Origin: Candidatus Aenigmatarchaeota archaeon
GTDB taxonomy: Archaea; Aenigmatarchaeota; Aenigmatarchaeia; CG10238-14; SCSR01
NCBI GenBank assembly: GCA_039090665.1
Contig: JAWCSL010000011.1
Span: 1-25,315, forward strand
Length of the DNA stretch: 25,315 nt
Direction of reading: 5' to 3'
Shown here: positions 8,677 to 17,809 of the stretch, one piece after another
Position numbering within the stretch: the stretch's first letter is position 1
How the letters are laid out: each line of letters opens with the position of its first letter
Made by a program: the position numbers and the translations under genes
Notes under the pieces: generated by a model
Database searches by the model: none
The model's input: only the letters and a program-made list of their open reading frames with translations
Told to the model about the DNA's origin: nothing

Positions 8677-8898
8677 ATGTCTGATATTGAATATTTGATA
8701 AATTTAGGGTTTGTTGTATTACAAATTTATGGTATAATAAGTTTGATAGCTTTCATGCCCGTTATGATAGATATTTTAAGATCGAAAAAAAGCACAAGAT
8801 ACAAATTAGTTTGGGTCGTAATTTGTTTAATTCTTGGAATTGTAGGAGCTTTCATTTATTTGTTAACTGAAAAGAAAATTTTAAGATTTAGAAGATAG
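8677..8898 (+). CDS. Small membrane protein, PLDc_N-like
   Basis: Hydrophobic helices with the pattern DILRS...KLVWVVICLILGIVGAFIYLL. Confidence 0.75.
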   Translation: MSDIEYLINLGFVVLQIYGIISLIAFMPVMIDILRSKKSTRYKLVWVVICLILGIVGAFIYLLTEKKILRFRR

Positions 8899-9957
8899 AG
8901 CTTTTTTAACTTTTTCTTCCATTTCTTTTTTAAGTTTTTCTCCATAATATTGTTTTGAATAAAAATCGAGTTTGGCTGCAATTGAAAGTTTAGAAGCAAT
9001 TATCCTTGCAACTTTACCTTTCAACTTTTCTGGTGTTTTTAAAATTAGTGGATGATTATAAAGCATTCCAAATCTTGGTGATTTGCCTTTACCGTGTAGA
9101 AACCTGAAAAGACTTTTTTCTGCACCCATAAGTTGAATGGCACTCGAAGGCATCTTAGCCAGTTTTTCAAGACCACCTGCTTTAGCTATCATTTTTGCAG
9201 CAAGTGTTGGGCCAGCAAGCTTGCTGAAATTTGGAGCCACTTCTTTCAAAAATTTCTCTAATTGTTTCGAAAGTTTGTCTTTCAATTCATAAAGATTTAG
9301 AATTTCGCGTGCTAGTATTTGAACCATTTTTATTTCTTCTTCAGTAAAATCTGCTCCCATACTTTTCCTAGCGATTTTGTTCAGTTCTTGGTCTTCAATT
9401 CTCTCTCTCAACCCATATTTTTCAACTATCTTAGCATATTTCCTATGATCTTGTATTATTCTATCCATTTCAGGAAAGTGCAAGCTATAAAATTCTCTCA
9501 ATCTTCCGCTCAGAGCATTCACCGTCTTCTCTATATCTTCAATTATTCTAATTAAGTTAATAACAAGGCTGTCCTTTTCTATTGATTTTTTAATCTTGTT
9601 TTTTGTGAGCTCAATAGTGATCTTGGTTAAAAGTTGGTTGAATTCCACTTGGTCTTTTACAAACCCGTACTCTAGAGCCAAATTTCTCAAGTTTTCAGTA
9701 ACATAGTTTTTTGCTTTACTATCTTTTTGATAACTTCTTACACCAGGCTTTTCAATTGAAAAAACAATTTCTTTAAAACCTTTTTTCTTTAATTCTTCCT
9801 GAACTTTTTCTTCTTCATCTAAAACTTCTTTTTTTGAAACTTCTAATTTTTCAGCTATTTTTTCAGGATCTTTCGGGAAGGGCTCAAAACATATTATTTC
9901 ATTCTCTTCACTAACACCAAACACTCCTATTAAAGTTGTAACTATATAACCACGCAT
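8881..9957 (-). CDS. nop5: C/D box sRNP core protein Nop5 (Nop56/58)
   Basis: RLREFYSLHFPE, SMGAD, APN, AGGLEKLAKMPSSAIQLMGAEKSLF, KLSIAAKLD. Confidence 0.96.
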   Translation of the reverse strand: MRGYIVTTLIGVFGVSEENEIICFEPFPKDPEKIAEKLEVSKKEVLDEEEKVQEELKKKGFKEIVFSIEKPGVRSYQKDSKAKNYVTENLRNLALEYGFVKDQVEFNQLLTKITIELTKNKIKKSIEKDSLVINLIRIIEDIEKTVNALSGRLREFYSLHFPEMDRIIQDHRKYAKIVEKYGLRERIEDQELNKIARKSMGADFTEEEIKMVQILAREILNLYELKDKLSKQLEKFLKEVAPNFSKLAGPTLAAKMIAKAGGLEKLAKMPSSAIQLMGAEKSLFRFLHGKGKSPRFGMLYNHPLILKTPEKLKGKVARIIASKLSIAAKLDFYSKQYYGEKLKKEMEEKVKKALSSKS

Positions 9958-9993
9958 ACTTTTTTATTTGTCAACAAAGATTAAAATAAATAG

Positions 9994-10230
9994 ATGAATG
10001 AAAATTTGGTCCTTATTGGAAGTTTATTGATTTTCTTTGGGATTTTGTTAATTTTTTTAGGTGCTATATCGGATCAAAAAAATTCAAAAGTTGAATGGGG
10101 GTTCTTTGGCTTAATAGGTCCAATACCCTTTGGTTTTTGGAGTAGCAAAAAAATTTTTATTTTAAGTATAGTATTTATGATAATTATACTCATGATCTTG
10201 GTTTTGATGAGAGTGATAGAATGGCTCTAA
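9994..10230 (+). CDS. Small membrane protein, DUF131/TIGR00304-like
   Basis: Two TM helices around KVEWGFFGLIGPIPFGF. Confidence 0.75.
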   Translation: MNENLVLIGSLLIFFGILLIFLGAISDQKNSKVEWGFFGLIGPIPFGFWSSKKIFILSIVFMIIILMILVLMRVIEWL

Positions 10231-11180
10231 AACTTTGGTTGATAATGAATTTAACCCTCTTTTTGTTATTTGGATTTCTGTTTGGTTTGCTTGCAACTAT
10301 AGGATACTACTTTGACATTTCTGGATACATAATAGTAGCTTTGGCGGTGTTTTTTGTCTTTATACAATGGTTAATTGGTCCAAAAATAATTTGGTGGACA
10401 ACAAATATGAAGCTCTTGGAAAAAAATGAATACCCTTGGTTGTGGAAAACAGTAAAAGAACTTTGTAAGAAAAACAAAATCCCTGTACCAAAAATTGCTT
10501 TAGCAAGGGTTGGATCGCCTAATGCATTTGTTTTCGGAAGAACTCCAGGCTCTGCTGTATTAACAGTTACAGAAGGTTTGCTTAAAACTTTAACTCAAGA
10601 AGAAGTGAAAGCAGTTATTGCACATGAAATTGGTCATATTAAACACAAAGATATGATTGTCATGACAATAGTTTCAGTGATACCAATACTCGCATATTTT
10701 GTTGCCAGATTTATAATTTTTACTCCTTCAAGAGATAGAAGAAGAGATGTTGGAGCAGCTATATTGATTGGTTTTTTAGCTTACATTGTTTACTTTATTT
10801 CAAACTTGTTAGTTTTGGCCTTATCAAGGTTGAGAGAATATTATGCGGATAGGTTTTCTGGAATAAACACTAAACCTAATTTACTAGCAAGTGCTTTAGC
10901 AAAAATAACATATGGTTTAAGCATATCTTCAGAAAAAATTGAAAATTCTGCAGTTAGAGCTTTTTATATAGCAGATCCTGTTTCGGCTCCAAGTGAAGTA
11001 AACAAACTTGCTTCTGAATATTCTGACTTGAATTTAGATGAAAAAGAATTAGAAAAGGCGATGGAATGGGAGAGGAAAAATCCGTTAATAAGATTCTTAG
11101 AGATATTCAGAACTCATCCTCTGACTTTTAAGAGAATTTTGGCTCTTAAAGAATTAGAAAAAGAATTAGCTAAATCTTAA
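10221..11180 (+). CDS. htpX: Zinc metalloprotease HtpX (M48)
   Basis: PNAF, AHEIGH, SRLREYYAD, THP motifs; TM helices. Confidence 0.96.
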   Translation: MALKLWLIMNLTLFLLFGFLFGLLATIGYYFDISGYIIVALAVFFVFIQWLIGPKIIWWTTNMKLLEKNEYPWLWKTVKELCKKNKIPVPKIALARVGSPNAFVFGRTPGSAVLTVTEGLLKTLTQEEVKAVIAHEIGHIKHKDMIVMTIVSVIPILAYFVARFIIFTPSRDRRRDVGAAILIGFLAYIVYFISNLLVLALSRLREYYADRFSGINTKPNLLASALAKITYGLSISSEKIENSAVRAFYIADPVSAPSEVNKLASEYSDLNLDEKELEKAMEWERKNPLIRFLEIFRTHPLTFKRILALKELEKELAKS

Positions 11181-11209
11181 GATTGATAATTTAATTATAA
11201 GGGGGTTCC

Positions 11210-11959
11210 TTGAAAGAAGGAGAGCTTGTCTTGCTTTTGTCGAAAGACTCTTCTTACCTGCTAGAAGTCAGAAAAAGGAAGTTTCAAACAAAAGATGGAA
11301 TTTTTGATTTAAGCAAAATTTTAAAAAAGAAATTTGGAGAAAAAATAGCTACCCACTTGAAAAAAGAATTTAGTATAGTTAAACCGAATTTAATAGATAT
11401 TTTTGAAAAAAAGGCTGAAAGAGGTCCACAAATAGTAATGCCGAAGGATGCTGCTTTAATTTTAGCATATACTGGAATTTCTCCTGGAAGTTTTGTTGTG
11501 GATATCGGTACGGGGTCGGGTTTTTTGGCAATTTTCATAGCCAATTACATAAAACCAGGAAAACTTGTTACTTATGAAAAAGACAAGAAAATGTTGAAAA
11601 TAGTGGAAAAAAACATAAAGATTTCTGGTCTCTCTGAAGTGATTAAGATAAAAAATAAGGATGCTTCAAAAGGAATTTCAGAAAGAAATGTTGATCTTGT
11701 GACTATTGATGTTCAAAATCCAGAAAAAATTGTAAAATATGCTTATAAAGCTTTAAAAATTGGTGGATGGCTTGTAGTTTATTCTCCAACTATTGAAGAA
11801 GTGATTGCTGTAACAAGAAAAATAAAAGAGTTAAACTTTTCTTATCCTAAAACAGTTGAAAATATAGTAAGAGAATGGCAAACTGAAAGAACAACAAGAC
11901 CGAAAACTATTGGTATAATGCACACAGGCTTCATAACTTTTGCGAGGAAAATAAAATGA
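11210..11959 (+). CDS. trmI: tRNA (adenine-57/58-N1)-methyltransferase TrmI
   Basis: RGPQIVMPKD, DIGTGSG, VYSPTIEE, HTGFITFARK; TTG start with GGGGG SD. Confidence 0.92.
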   Translation: MKEGELVLLLSKDSSYLLEVRKRKFQTKDGIFDLSKILKKKFGEKIATHLKKEFSIVKPNLIDIFEKKAERGPQIVMPKDAALILAYTGISPGSFVVDIGTGSGFLAIFIANYIKPGKLVTYEKDKKMLKIVEKNIKISGLSEVIKIKNKDASKGISERNVDLVTIDVQNPEKIVKYAYKALKIGGWLVVYSPTIEEVIAVTRKIKELNFSYPKTVENIVREWQTERTTRPKTIGIMHTGFITFARKIK

Positions 11960-12549
11960 AGGAAATAAAGAAAATGCAAGGACCTCCTGAAATTGCTCCA
12001 GAACCTTCTCCATCGATAACACCTGAAATGATAAAAGATGTTCTTGAAATTTTGGAAAGCAAAGGTATGATACACTACAGTGCTGGTGGGGCTTATATAC
12101 CTACAGAAAGTGGGTGGAAACTTTTAATGGAACTTAAACCGGTAAAAGAAGAGATTTTCGGTTACGGACACCCTGAAATCAAAGCTTCTAGTAATTCGGC
12201 AATAAGGATAACAAAAGGCTTAGATATTGATGATGCAACAATTGTTGTTGCTGCAAACAAGGCTTGTAAAGATTTAAGCGGAGATTTCAAAGCAGCGATC
12301 AAAAGCGCAGGGAAAATTGAAATAAAAATTGAAGTTGAAGGGGAAGAAGAAGTTTTTATTGCTTATGGTTCACCTGCTCTAAAACTTACTAGCAAAGAAG
12401 AAATTCTAATAAGAAAAAATTCTATTGTAGATGGTAAAACACTTGCCATTCTTTCAGATAAATCAGCCAGTGAACTAAAACAAACTCTAATTGAAAAATT
12501 GAGAAATCCTCAAACAAAAGTAAAAATAACTTTAGAAATTAAACGATAA
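11956..12549 (+). CDS. DUF371-like protein with an N-terminal partial winged-helix segment
   Basis: GHPEIKA...IT...ANKA...GSPAL...IRK...TLAILSDKSA DUF371 pattern; N-terminal LESKGMIHY...YIPTESG. Confidence 0.75.
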   Translation: MKEIKKMQGPPEIAPEPSPSITPEMIKDVLEILESKGMIHYSAGGAYIPTESGWKLLMELKPVKEEIFGYGHPEIKASSNSAIRITKGLDIDDATIVVAANKACKDLSGDFKAAIKSAGKIEIKIEVEGEEEVFIAYGSPALKLTSKEEILIRKNSIVDGKTLAILSDKSASELKQTLIEKLRNPQTKVKITLEIKR

Positions 12550-12563
12550 CCAAGCTTAATAAA

Positions 12564-12650
12564 GGGGTTGTCGTCTAGCTTGGTCTAGGACACGAAATTT
12601 GGTGGAAGCCTCGGGCGCTCGCAACCTGGGTTCAAATCCCAGCAACCCCA
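12564..12650 (+). tRNA. tRNA-Pro(CGG) with a 12-nt intron at non-canonical position 29/30
   Basis: Acceptor GGGGTTG/CAACCCC+A; D-arm GTCT...GGAC; removing 12596-12607 restores stem CGAGC/GCTCG with loop CT-CGG-GC; T-arm CTGGG-TTCAAAT-CCCAG. Confidence 0.92.
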
Positions 12651-12675
12651 TTCTACTTCAAGTACAGTTCTCTAC

Positions 12676-12872
12676 GATATCTACAACACTTTACAAACAT
12701 ACAAGAAAAACTAGAAAACATTAAGAACTGAAATACTTGATTTTCACTAAAACACTTTGCTAACACAACAAACAAAAACTTCGAAAATATAACAGAAAAA
12801 GATATGGAAACTTTTCTATTGAGGTTGAGTAAATACAAAAAAAACAACAAGTTCTCCATTTTTGGAACATAA
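12676..12872 (+). pseudogene. Possible second integrase N-terminal remnant
   Basis: DIYNTLQTYKKN* from 12676, then in another frame FSLKHFANTTNKNFENITEKDMETFLLRLSKYK (from 12741), resembling an integrase N-terminal domain; lies 3' of tRNA-Pro. Confidence 0.45.
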
Positions 12873-12877
12873 GCAAT

Positions 12878-15055
12878 TTATAAAAGAGTAGTTTGTTTTT
12901 CATCTTTTTTCTTAGTTATTTGACCTAACTGTTCTTTTATTGAATAAGCAGTCTTTTCCCCTATCACTTTAGCTAAATTTTCTATCGGAATTTTTTTCAA
13001 ATCTGAAATTTTTTTAATCCCAAAATTGAAAAGCTTTCTAGCTTTTATCCTTCCTATTCCTTTCAATCTTACTAAAGGTATTAATTCTTCTCTTACACCA
13101 TATTCAACTCTAACTCTCAGCCTTCTTATGTGTTTCAATATTTCTTTATATCCAAGTAATAAAGCAAGTTCCTGTAGAGAATAAATAAGCCAGTCTGCAA
13201 TTTCTTTCATTCCATAAAATTCTCCTGGTGTAACTTTGAATTTTGTCAAAATTTTGTCTTCTGTCGCTTCTTCTATCCAAGCCTCAAACATCAATGCAGT
13301 TTTTAAACTCTTTAAAAAATCATCAAATTCTATATCTATTTCGTCTGGAATTTTTTGTAAAATTTCATCTTCTCGCTTTACTAACACATCTTCAAGCTCT
13401 GAAAATTCTCCAATCTTCAGAGAAAGTGATGGCATTTCAATCGTGTTTGAAATCAATTGCAATAATCCGAAAGGATTGATTTTCTTTTCAGGTGTCTTGG
13501 ATAAAGTTTCTATGAATTGATGAGCTGTCAAAGGATCTATGTAAAGCTCAGAAACTCTCTTCCCTATTCTTGTCGCAGAAATTTTTCCTTTCTTAGAAAC
13601 AACAAATCCCCATTCTACAAGTTTTTCCAAAATATTTACAATCTTCTCTTCCAAAAGAGATATATCACCAAATTGATAAGCATAAAAAGTTTTTGAGAAA
13701 AAACTTTTCAAAGATTTTTCTGAGTTACAAAACTCACTTGCGATTAAGGCTAAAATGTGCATCCTCAAAATTGGTTCTAAGGAAAGCTTAGATTGAATAT
13801 CTTCAAGCTGACCCATGATAAAGTGATCCACTAACTCTTGAGCTTCTTCTTCTGTCTTTGCTATCAAAACTGATTCACCAAACTCATCATAAGCCGGTCT
13901 TCCAGCTCTTCCAATAAATTGTTTGTACTCAAGAACTGGAATGTAAATTGCCCCAAGACCAGGATAGTATCTTTTTACATCTCTTACTATTACTCTGAAA
14001 GCTGGTAAATTAACACCAAAAGCTAAAGTTGGTGTTGCTATTATAATCTTTATAAGCCCTTCTCTAAATTTTTCTTCTATAAGTCTTTTTTGTTTTCCTA
14101 ACAAGCCAGCATGATGAAAAGCCACTCCACTTCTAATACAAGTCGCGAGTCTTTTACACTGTTGTGTAGGTATTTCTAAAACATTTAAAATTTCCTCTGC
14201 TAGATTTTGGAGTTTCTTCTCTTCTTCTCTTTTCAAATACGATCTTGTTATTTTTGTTAGATCTTCAGCCAAACTTTCCGCGGTTCTTCTAGTTGCAACA
14301 AAAAACAAAGCTTGTTTTTTGAGTTGTAAAACATTTTCAGTAATAGCAGCTTCTGGTTCCAAGTCACTTAGTTCATATCCTTTTTTACCGTAAAAGAAAA
14401 TTTTAGAGTCATAGTAAATTCCTTCATAAAGTTTAACTGGTCTGAAATCACTTTCAAGTAAATGTGCATTCAGCCATTCAGCCAACTCTTTAGCATTGTT
14501 GATGGTTGCTGACAAAGCTAATATTTGTGCTTTAGGTACAATTTCACGTAGCATAGTTAATAAAATTTCAAGAGTTGGCCCTCTGTTAGGATCATTTAAA
14601 AGATGAATTTCATCCACAACAATTAATCCAATTTCTCTAATCCATTGTACACCATGTCTTATTAAAGAATCTAGTTTTTCATTCGTGCAAACAATCACAT
14701 CATAATCGGCAAGCCAAGGATCAGCCGAATCTAAATCACCAACAGAAATTGCAACTTTCCATTTTCCTTCAAAAAGTTTTTTAAAATACTCGTATTTTTC
14801 ATTGGCAAGAGCAACTAAAGGAACTGTGTAAATTACTTTTTGTCTTGAAGAAGAAAGTTTATTTATCATAGCCAAAGCTGCAATGAATGTTTTTCCTCCA
14901 GCTGTTGGTAGTGATATCACTAAGTTCTTATCTTGAAACAACTTTTTCTTAACAAATTCTTCCTGTGGTGGAAAAAGCTCTAAGATTTTTTCTTCTTTAA
15001 ATTTTTCTATGAAATATTCAGGTATACCGAAATTTGAAAGTTCTTCAATTTTCAT
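12878..15055 (-). CDS. hel308: Ski2-like DNA helicase Hel308/Hjm
   Basis: PTAGGKT, DEIH, SAT, FHHAGL, GVNLPA, QFIGRAGRP, C-terminal HhH GIGRIKARKL. Confidence 0.95.
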   Translation of the reverse strand: MKIEELSNFGIPEYFIEKFKEEKILELFPPQEEFVKKKLFQDKNLVISLPTAGGKTFIAALAMINKLSSSRQKVIYTVPLVALANEKYEYFKKLFEGKWKVAISVGDLDSADPWLADYDVIVCTNEKLDSLIRHGVQWIREIGLIVVDEIHLLNDPNRGPTLEILLTMLREIVPKAQILALSATINNAKELAEWLNAHLLESDFRPVKLYEGIYYDSKIFFYGKKGYELSDLEPEAAITENVLQLKKQALFFVATRRTAESLAEDLTKITRSYLKREEEKKLQNLAEEILNVLEIPTQQCKRLATCIRSGVAFHHAGLLGKQKRLIEEKFREGLIKIIIATPTLAFGVNLPAFRVIVRDVKRYYPGLGAIYIPVLEYKQFIGRAGRPAYDEFGESVLIAKTEEEAQELVDHFIMGQLEDIQSKLSLEPILRMHILALIASEFCNSEKSLKSFFSKTFYAYQFGDISLLEEKIVNILEKLVEWGFVVSKKGKISATRIGKRVSELYIDPLTAHQFIETLSKTPEKKINPFGLLQLISNTIEMPSLSLKIGEFSELEDVLVKREDEILQKIPDEIDIEFDDFLKSLKTALMFEAWIEEATEDKILTKFKVTPGEFYGMKEIADWLIYSLQELALLLGYKEILKHIRRLRVRVEYGVREELIPLVRLKGIGRIKARKLFNFGIKKISDLKKIPIENLAKVIGEKTAYSIKEQLGQITKKKDEKQTTLL

Positions 15056-15091
15056 ACCATCTTATAAATTAATTTTATAGAAAATTAGATT

Positions 15092-16078
15092 ATGGTAAAT
15101 GAATTAATTTGTTTAGGAATAGAATCAACTGCTCATACTTTTGGAATAGGAATTATCGATGAAAAAGGAAAAATTTTGGCTGATGAAAGAAGTATTTACA
15201 AACCAGAAATCGGAAAAGGCATAGTACCGAGTGAAGCTAGATTACATCATACAGAAGTTGCTGAAAATGTGTTAAAAAAAGCATTAGAAAAAGCTGGCCT
15301 GAAAATTGAAGATATTGACATCATAGCTTATGCTGCCGGTGCAGGTTTGCCACCATGTTTATTAGTTGGTGCTCATCTTGCTAAAAAACTTTCAACAGAA
15401 AATGAAAAACCTTTGATCCCTGTTTGTCATCAAATAGCACATTTAGAAATTGGTCTTTTAACCACAAAAGCAAGAGATCCTATCTTTGTATATTTGTCTG
15501 GTGGAAATACTCAAATAATAGCTTTCGTTGAAAATGTTTATAGAGTATTTGGTGAAACAGAAGATATACCCATTGGCAATTGTTTAGATGTTGTTGCTAG
15601 AGAAATTGGATTACCGATGCCAGGTGGTCCTGAAATAGAAAAAATAGCAAAAAATGGGAAATATGTTGAGTTGCCTTATGTAGTTAAAGGAATGGATGTT
15701 AGCTATAGTGGAATAACCACAGCTGCAATAAATTTATTAAGGAGAGGTGTAAAAAAAGAAGATATAGCTTATTCTCTTCAAGAAACTTGTTTTGCCATGC
15801 TAACAGAAGTGGTAGAAAGGGCTTTAGCTCACACAGAGAAAGATGAAGTTTTGTTGGTTGGAGGGGTTGCAGCAAATGAAAGATTACAAGAAATGATGAA
15901 AAAAATGTGTGAAGCAAGAGGGGCAAATGTTTTTATTGTTCCAAGAGAGTATTCTGGCGATAATGGGGTGATGATAGCTTGGACTGGTTTAATTGCATAT
16001 AAAGCAGGTTGGAAGCCAAAATTTAATGATCTCATTAAACCAAAATGGAGAATAGACGAAATTAAGTGGTTTAAGTGA
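15092..16078 (+). CDS. kae1: tRNA t6A threonylcarbamoyltransferase Kae1 (stand-alone, not fused to Bud32)
   Basis: LGIESTAHT, HQIAH, SGGNTQ, GGVAAN, DNGVMIA. Confidence 0.97.
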   Translation: MVNELICLGIESTAHTFGIGIIDEKGKILADERSIYKPEIGKGIVPSEARLHHTEVAENVLKKALEKAGLKIEDIDIIAYAAGAGLPPCLLVGAHLAKKLSTENEKPLIPVCHQIAHLEIGLLTTKARDPIFVYLSGGNTQIIAFVENVYRVFGETEDIPIGNCLDVVAREIGLPMPGGPEIEKIAKNGKYVELPYVVKGMDVSYSGITTAAINLLRRGVKKEDIAYSLQETCFAMLTEVVERALAHTEKDEVLLVGGVAANERLQEMMKKMCEARGANVFIVPREYSGDNGVMIAWTGLIAYKAGWKPKFNDLIKPKWRIDEIKWFK

Positions 16079-16099
16079 AGAGATTTTTTAGATTTTTAT

Positions 16100-16363
16100 T
16101 TAAAGCATTTCGTTTTCACTTACAACTACAAAATCTCCAACTGACTTTACTGCACTAAAAGGAATGAGCGTTCTTCCTTTCTCATCTGTTTTTGGATTAA
16201 GATCTAAAAGATATCTTGTAGGTTGCTCTACTACTATATTTAATAGCTCTCCACTTTCTGTAACAAAATCTATATTACCGACCACGCCAAATTTTCTGCC
16301 AGTCTCCTCACTTATTATTGTTTTTCCTATAATATCTGCCGCTTTAATTTTAGTTTCTACCAT
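16100..16363 (-). CDS. PRC-barrel domain protein
   Basis: IIGKTIISEETGRKFGVV...IPFSAVKSVGDFVVV. Confidence 0.88.
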   Translation of the reverse strand: MVETKIKAADIIGKTIISEETGRKFGVVGNIDFVTESGELLNIVVEQPTRYLLDLNPKTDEKGRTLIPFSAVKSVGDFVVVSENEML

Positions 16364-16415
16364 AAATCATCACACTCTATACTTTATTATAAATTTAAAC
16401 TTAAAGATAAAGATT

Positions 16416-16949
16416 ATGGTAAGGTGTTTTATTGGTTATATTTTGCCACAGGATATAAAAACCAAAATAGCCGAACTTCAGAAAAAAATTGAGACTTGGC
16501 CATTAAAATGTAAGTTTGTTGAAAAAGAAAATTTACACATTTGTTTTTCATTTTTGGGTGAAATTAAAGAAATGGAAATAGAAAAAATTTCAGAAAAAAT
16601 AAACATAATCTCAAGAAAAAATAGAAAAGTTGAAGCCATAATCAATGGTTTAATTGCTATTCCAAACCCTAATTACATTAGAGTTATTGCACTTAAAATT
16701 GTTGAAAGTAATAGCTTGAAACAAATTTTCTCAGATATAGTAAAAGAAATAGGTGGTGATTCTAAGCCTGCCCATATAACTTTGTGTAGAGTAAAATATG
16801 TGGAAAATAAGAATGAATTAAGAAGGAAGATTGAAGAAGAGAATAAAGAGCATGGTACACTTAAAATTGAAGCAATTCAACTAATAAAAAGTGAGCTAAA
16901 GAGGAGTGGTCCTGTTTATTCAATAATTCATCAAGCTGAGCTTTCTTGA
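16416..16949 (+). CDS. thpR: RNA 2',3'-cyclic phosphodiesterase / 2'-5' RNA ligase (2H family)
   Basis: MVRCFIG, ENLHICFSFLGE, PAHITLCRVK, KSELKRSGPVY; start moved to ATG 16416. Confidence 0.9.
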   Translation: MVRCFIGYILPQDIKTKIAELQKKIETWPLKCKFVEKENLHICFSFLGEIKEMEIEKISEKINIISRKNRKVEAIINGLIAIPNPNYIRVIALKIVESNSLKQIFSDIVKEIGGDSKPAHITLCRVKYVENKNELRRKIEEENKEHGTLKIEAIQLIKSELKRSGPVYSIIHQAELS

Positions 16950-17809
16950 TGAGTTTCTTCAATAAACTCTTTTAAGTCTTTTGCTTTTGTTTCGATTTTA
17001 TATTGTTCTGCTGGAATTTTGTTCCTCAAAGCTTTGAAAATTTCTTTTTTTGTAAGTTCTTCTACTTCTTTTTCAGGTGGTGCTTTTGCTATATAATCTA
17101 TTTCAGAAACTTGGAGCATTTCTTTAATTATTAAATCTCCTCCCCTATCACCGTCTACAAACAATGTAGCTATTTTTTCTTTTGTCAAATCAATTATTGC
17201 TTGAGGTATTTTCACACCTTCAATTGCTATCACATTTTTGATTCCGTTTTTTAGAAGATTTAGAACGTCTGCCCTCCCTTCAACTATTATTATTTCTTCT
17301 GACTTTTCTATATCTGGACCAGCAGGTAATCCACAATAATCTTTTATTTGAGATGTTTTCACTTCTTCTTTTATTATATTTGTAAGAGTAGAAGTTGGAG
17401 GTATTTCTTCTGTCATAAGTTTTCCTAAAATATCTTTTGCTCTGTTTAGCATAAACTCTCTTTTCATGGATCTTACATCTTTAACGGAACTCACTTTAAT
17501 TTTTGCTTCACAAGGACCTATTCTTTCTATTGTTTCTAGCGAAGCTGCAATTAAAGCAGTTTCAGAACTATCTAAACTTGAAGGTAGAAAAATCTTTCCT
17601 TTTGTTTTTCCTTCTTCATTTGAAATTTCCACATCTATTCTACCTATTCTACCTGTCCTTTGCAGCTCCCTCAAATCCATGTCTTGACCTAAGAGCCCTT
17701 CCGTTTGACCAAATATAGCACCTATCACGTCTGGCTTTTCTACTATTCCTTCTACTGAAAATTCTGCTTCTATTAAATATTTTGTGGTAGATTGAGCAAG
17801 TTTTCCCAT
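16931..17809 (-). CDS. dnaG: Archaeal DnaG-like protein (N-terminal domain + TOPRIM), short
   Basis: VEKPDVIGAIFGQTEGLLG, DLRELQRTGRIGRI, VEGRADV, DGDRGG; SD GGAGG upstream of ATG 17809. Confidence 0.95.
   Translation of the reverse strand: MGKLAQSTTKYLIEAEFSVEGIVEKPDVIGAIFGQTEGLLGQDMDLRELQRTGRIGRIDVEISNEEGKTKGKIFLPSSLDSSETALIAASLETIERIGPCEAKIKVSSVKDVRSMKREFMLNRAKDILGKLMTEEIPPTSTLTNIIKEEVKTSQIKDYCGLPAGPDIEKSEEIIIVEGRADVLNLLKNGIKNVIAIEGVKIPQAIIDLTKEKIATLFVDGDRGGDLIIKEMLQVSEIDYIAKAPPEKEVEELTKKEIFKALRNKIPAEQYKIETKAKDLKEFIEETHQESSA

Noticed and set aside
7962..9993. C/D box guide RNAs near flpA and nop5
   Set aside because: No intergenic RUGAUGA...CUGA arrangement found by eye.
69..12640. Shared GGGTTCAAATCCCA treated as attL/attR of one large integrated element
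   Set aside because: It is the T-arm of two different tRNAs, and the genes between them are core housekeeping genes.
12653..12859. 68-aa hydrophobic minus-strand ORF
   Set aside because: No motif; better explained as the antisense of the plus-strand integrase-like remnant.
12878..12900. Hel308 C-terminal KQTTLL as a PIP box
   Set aside because: Lacks the aromatic residues; too weak to call.
16164..16415. Long N-terminal extension of the thpR ORF
   Set aside because: It is antisense to the PRC-barrel gene; family similarity starts at ATG 16416.
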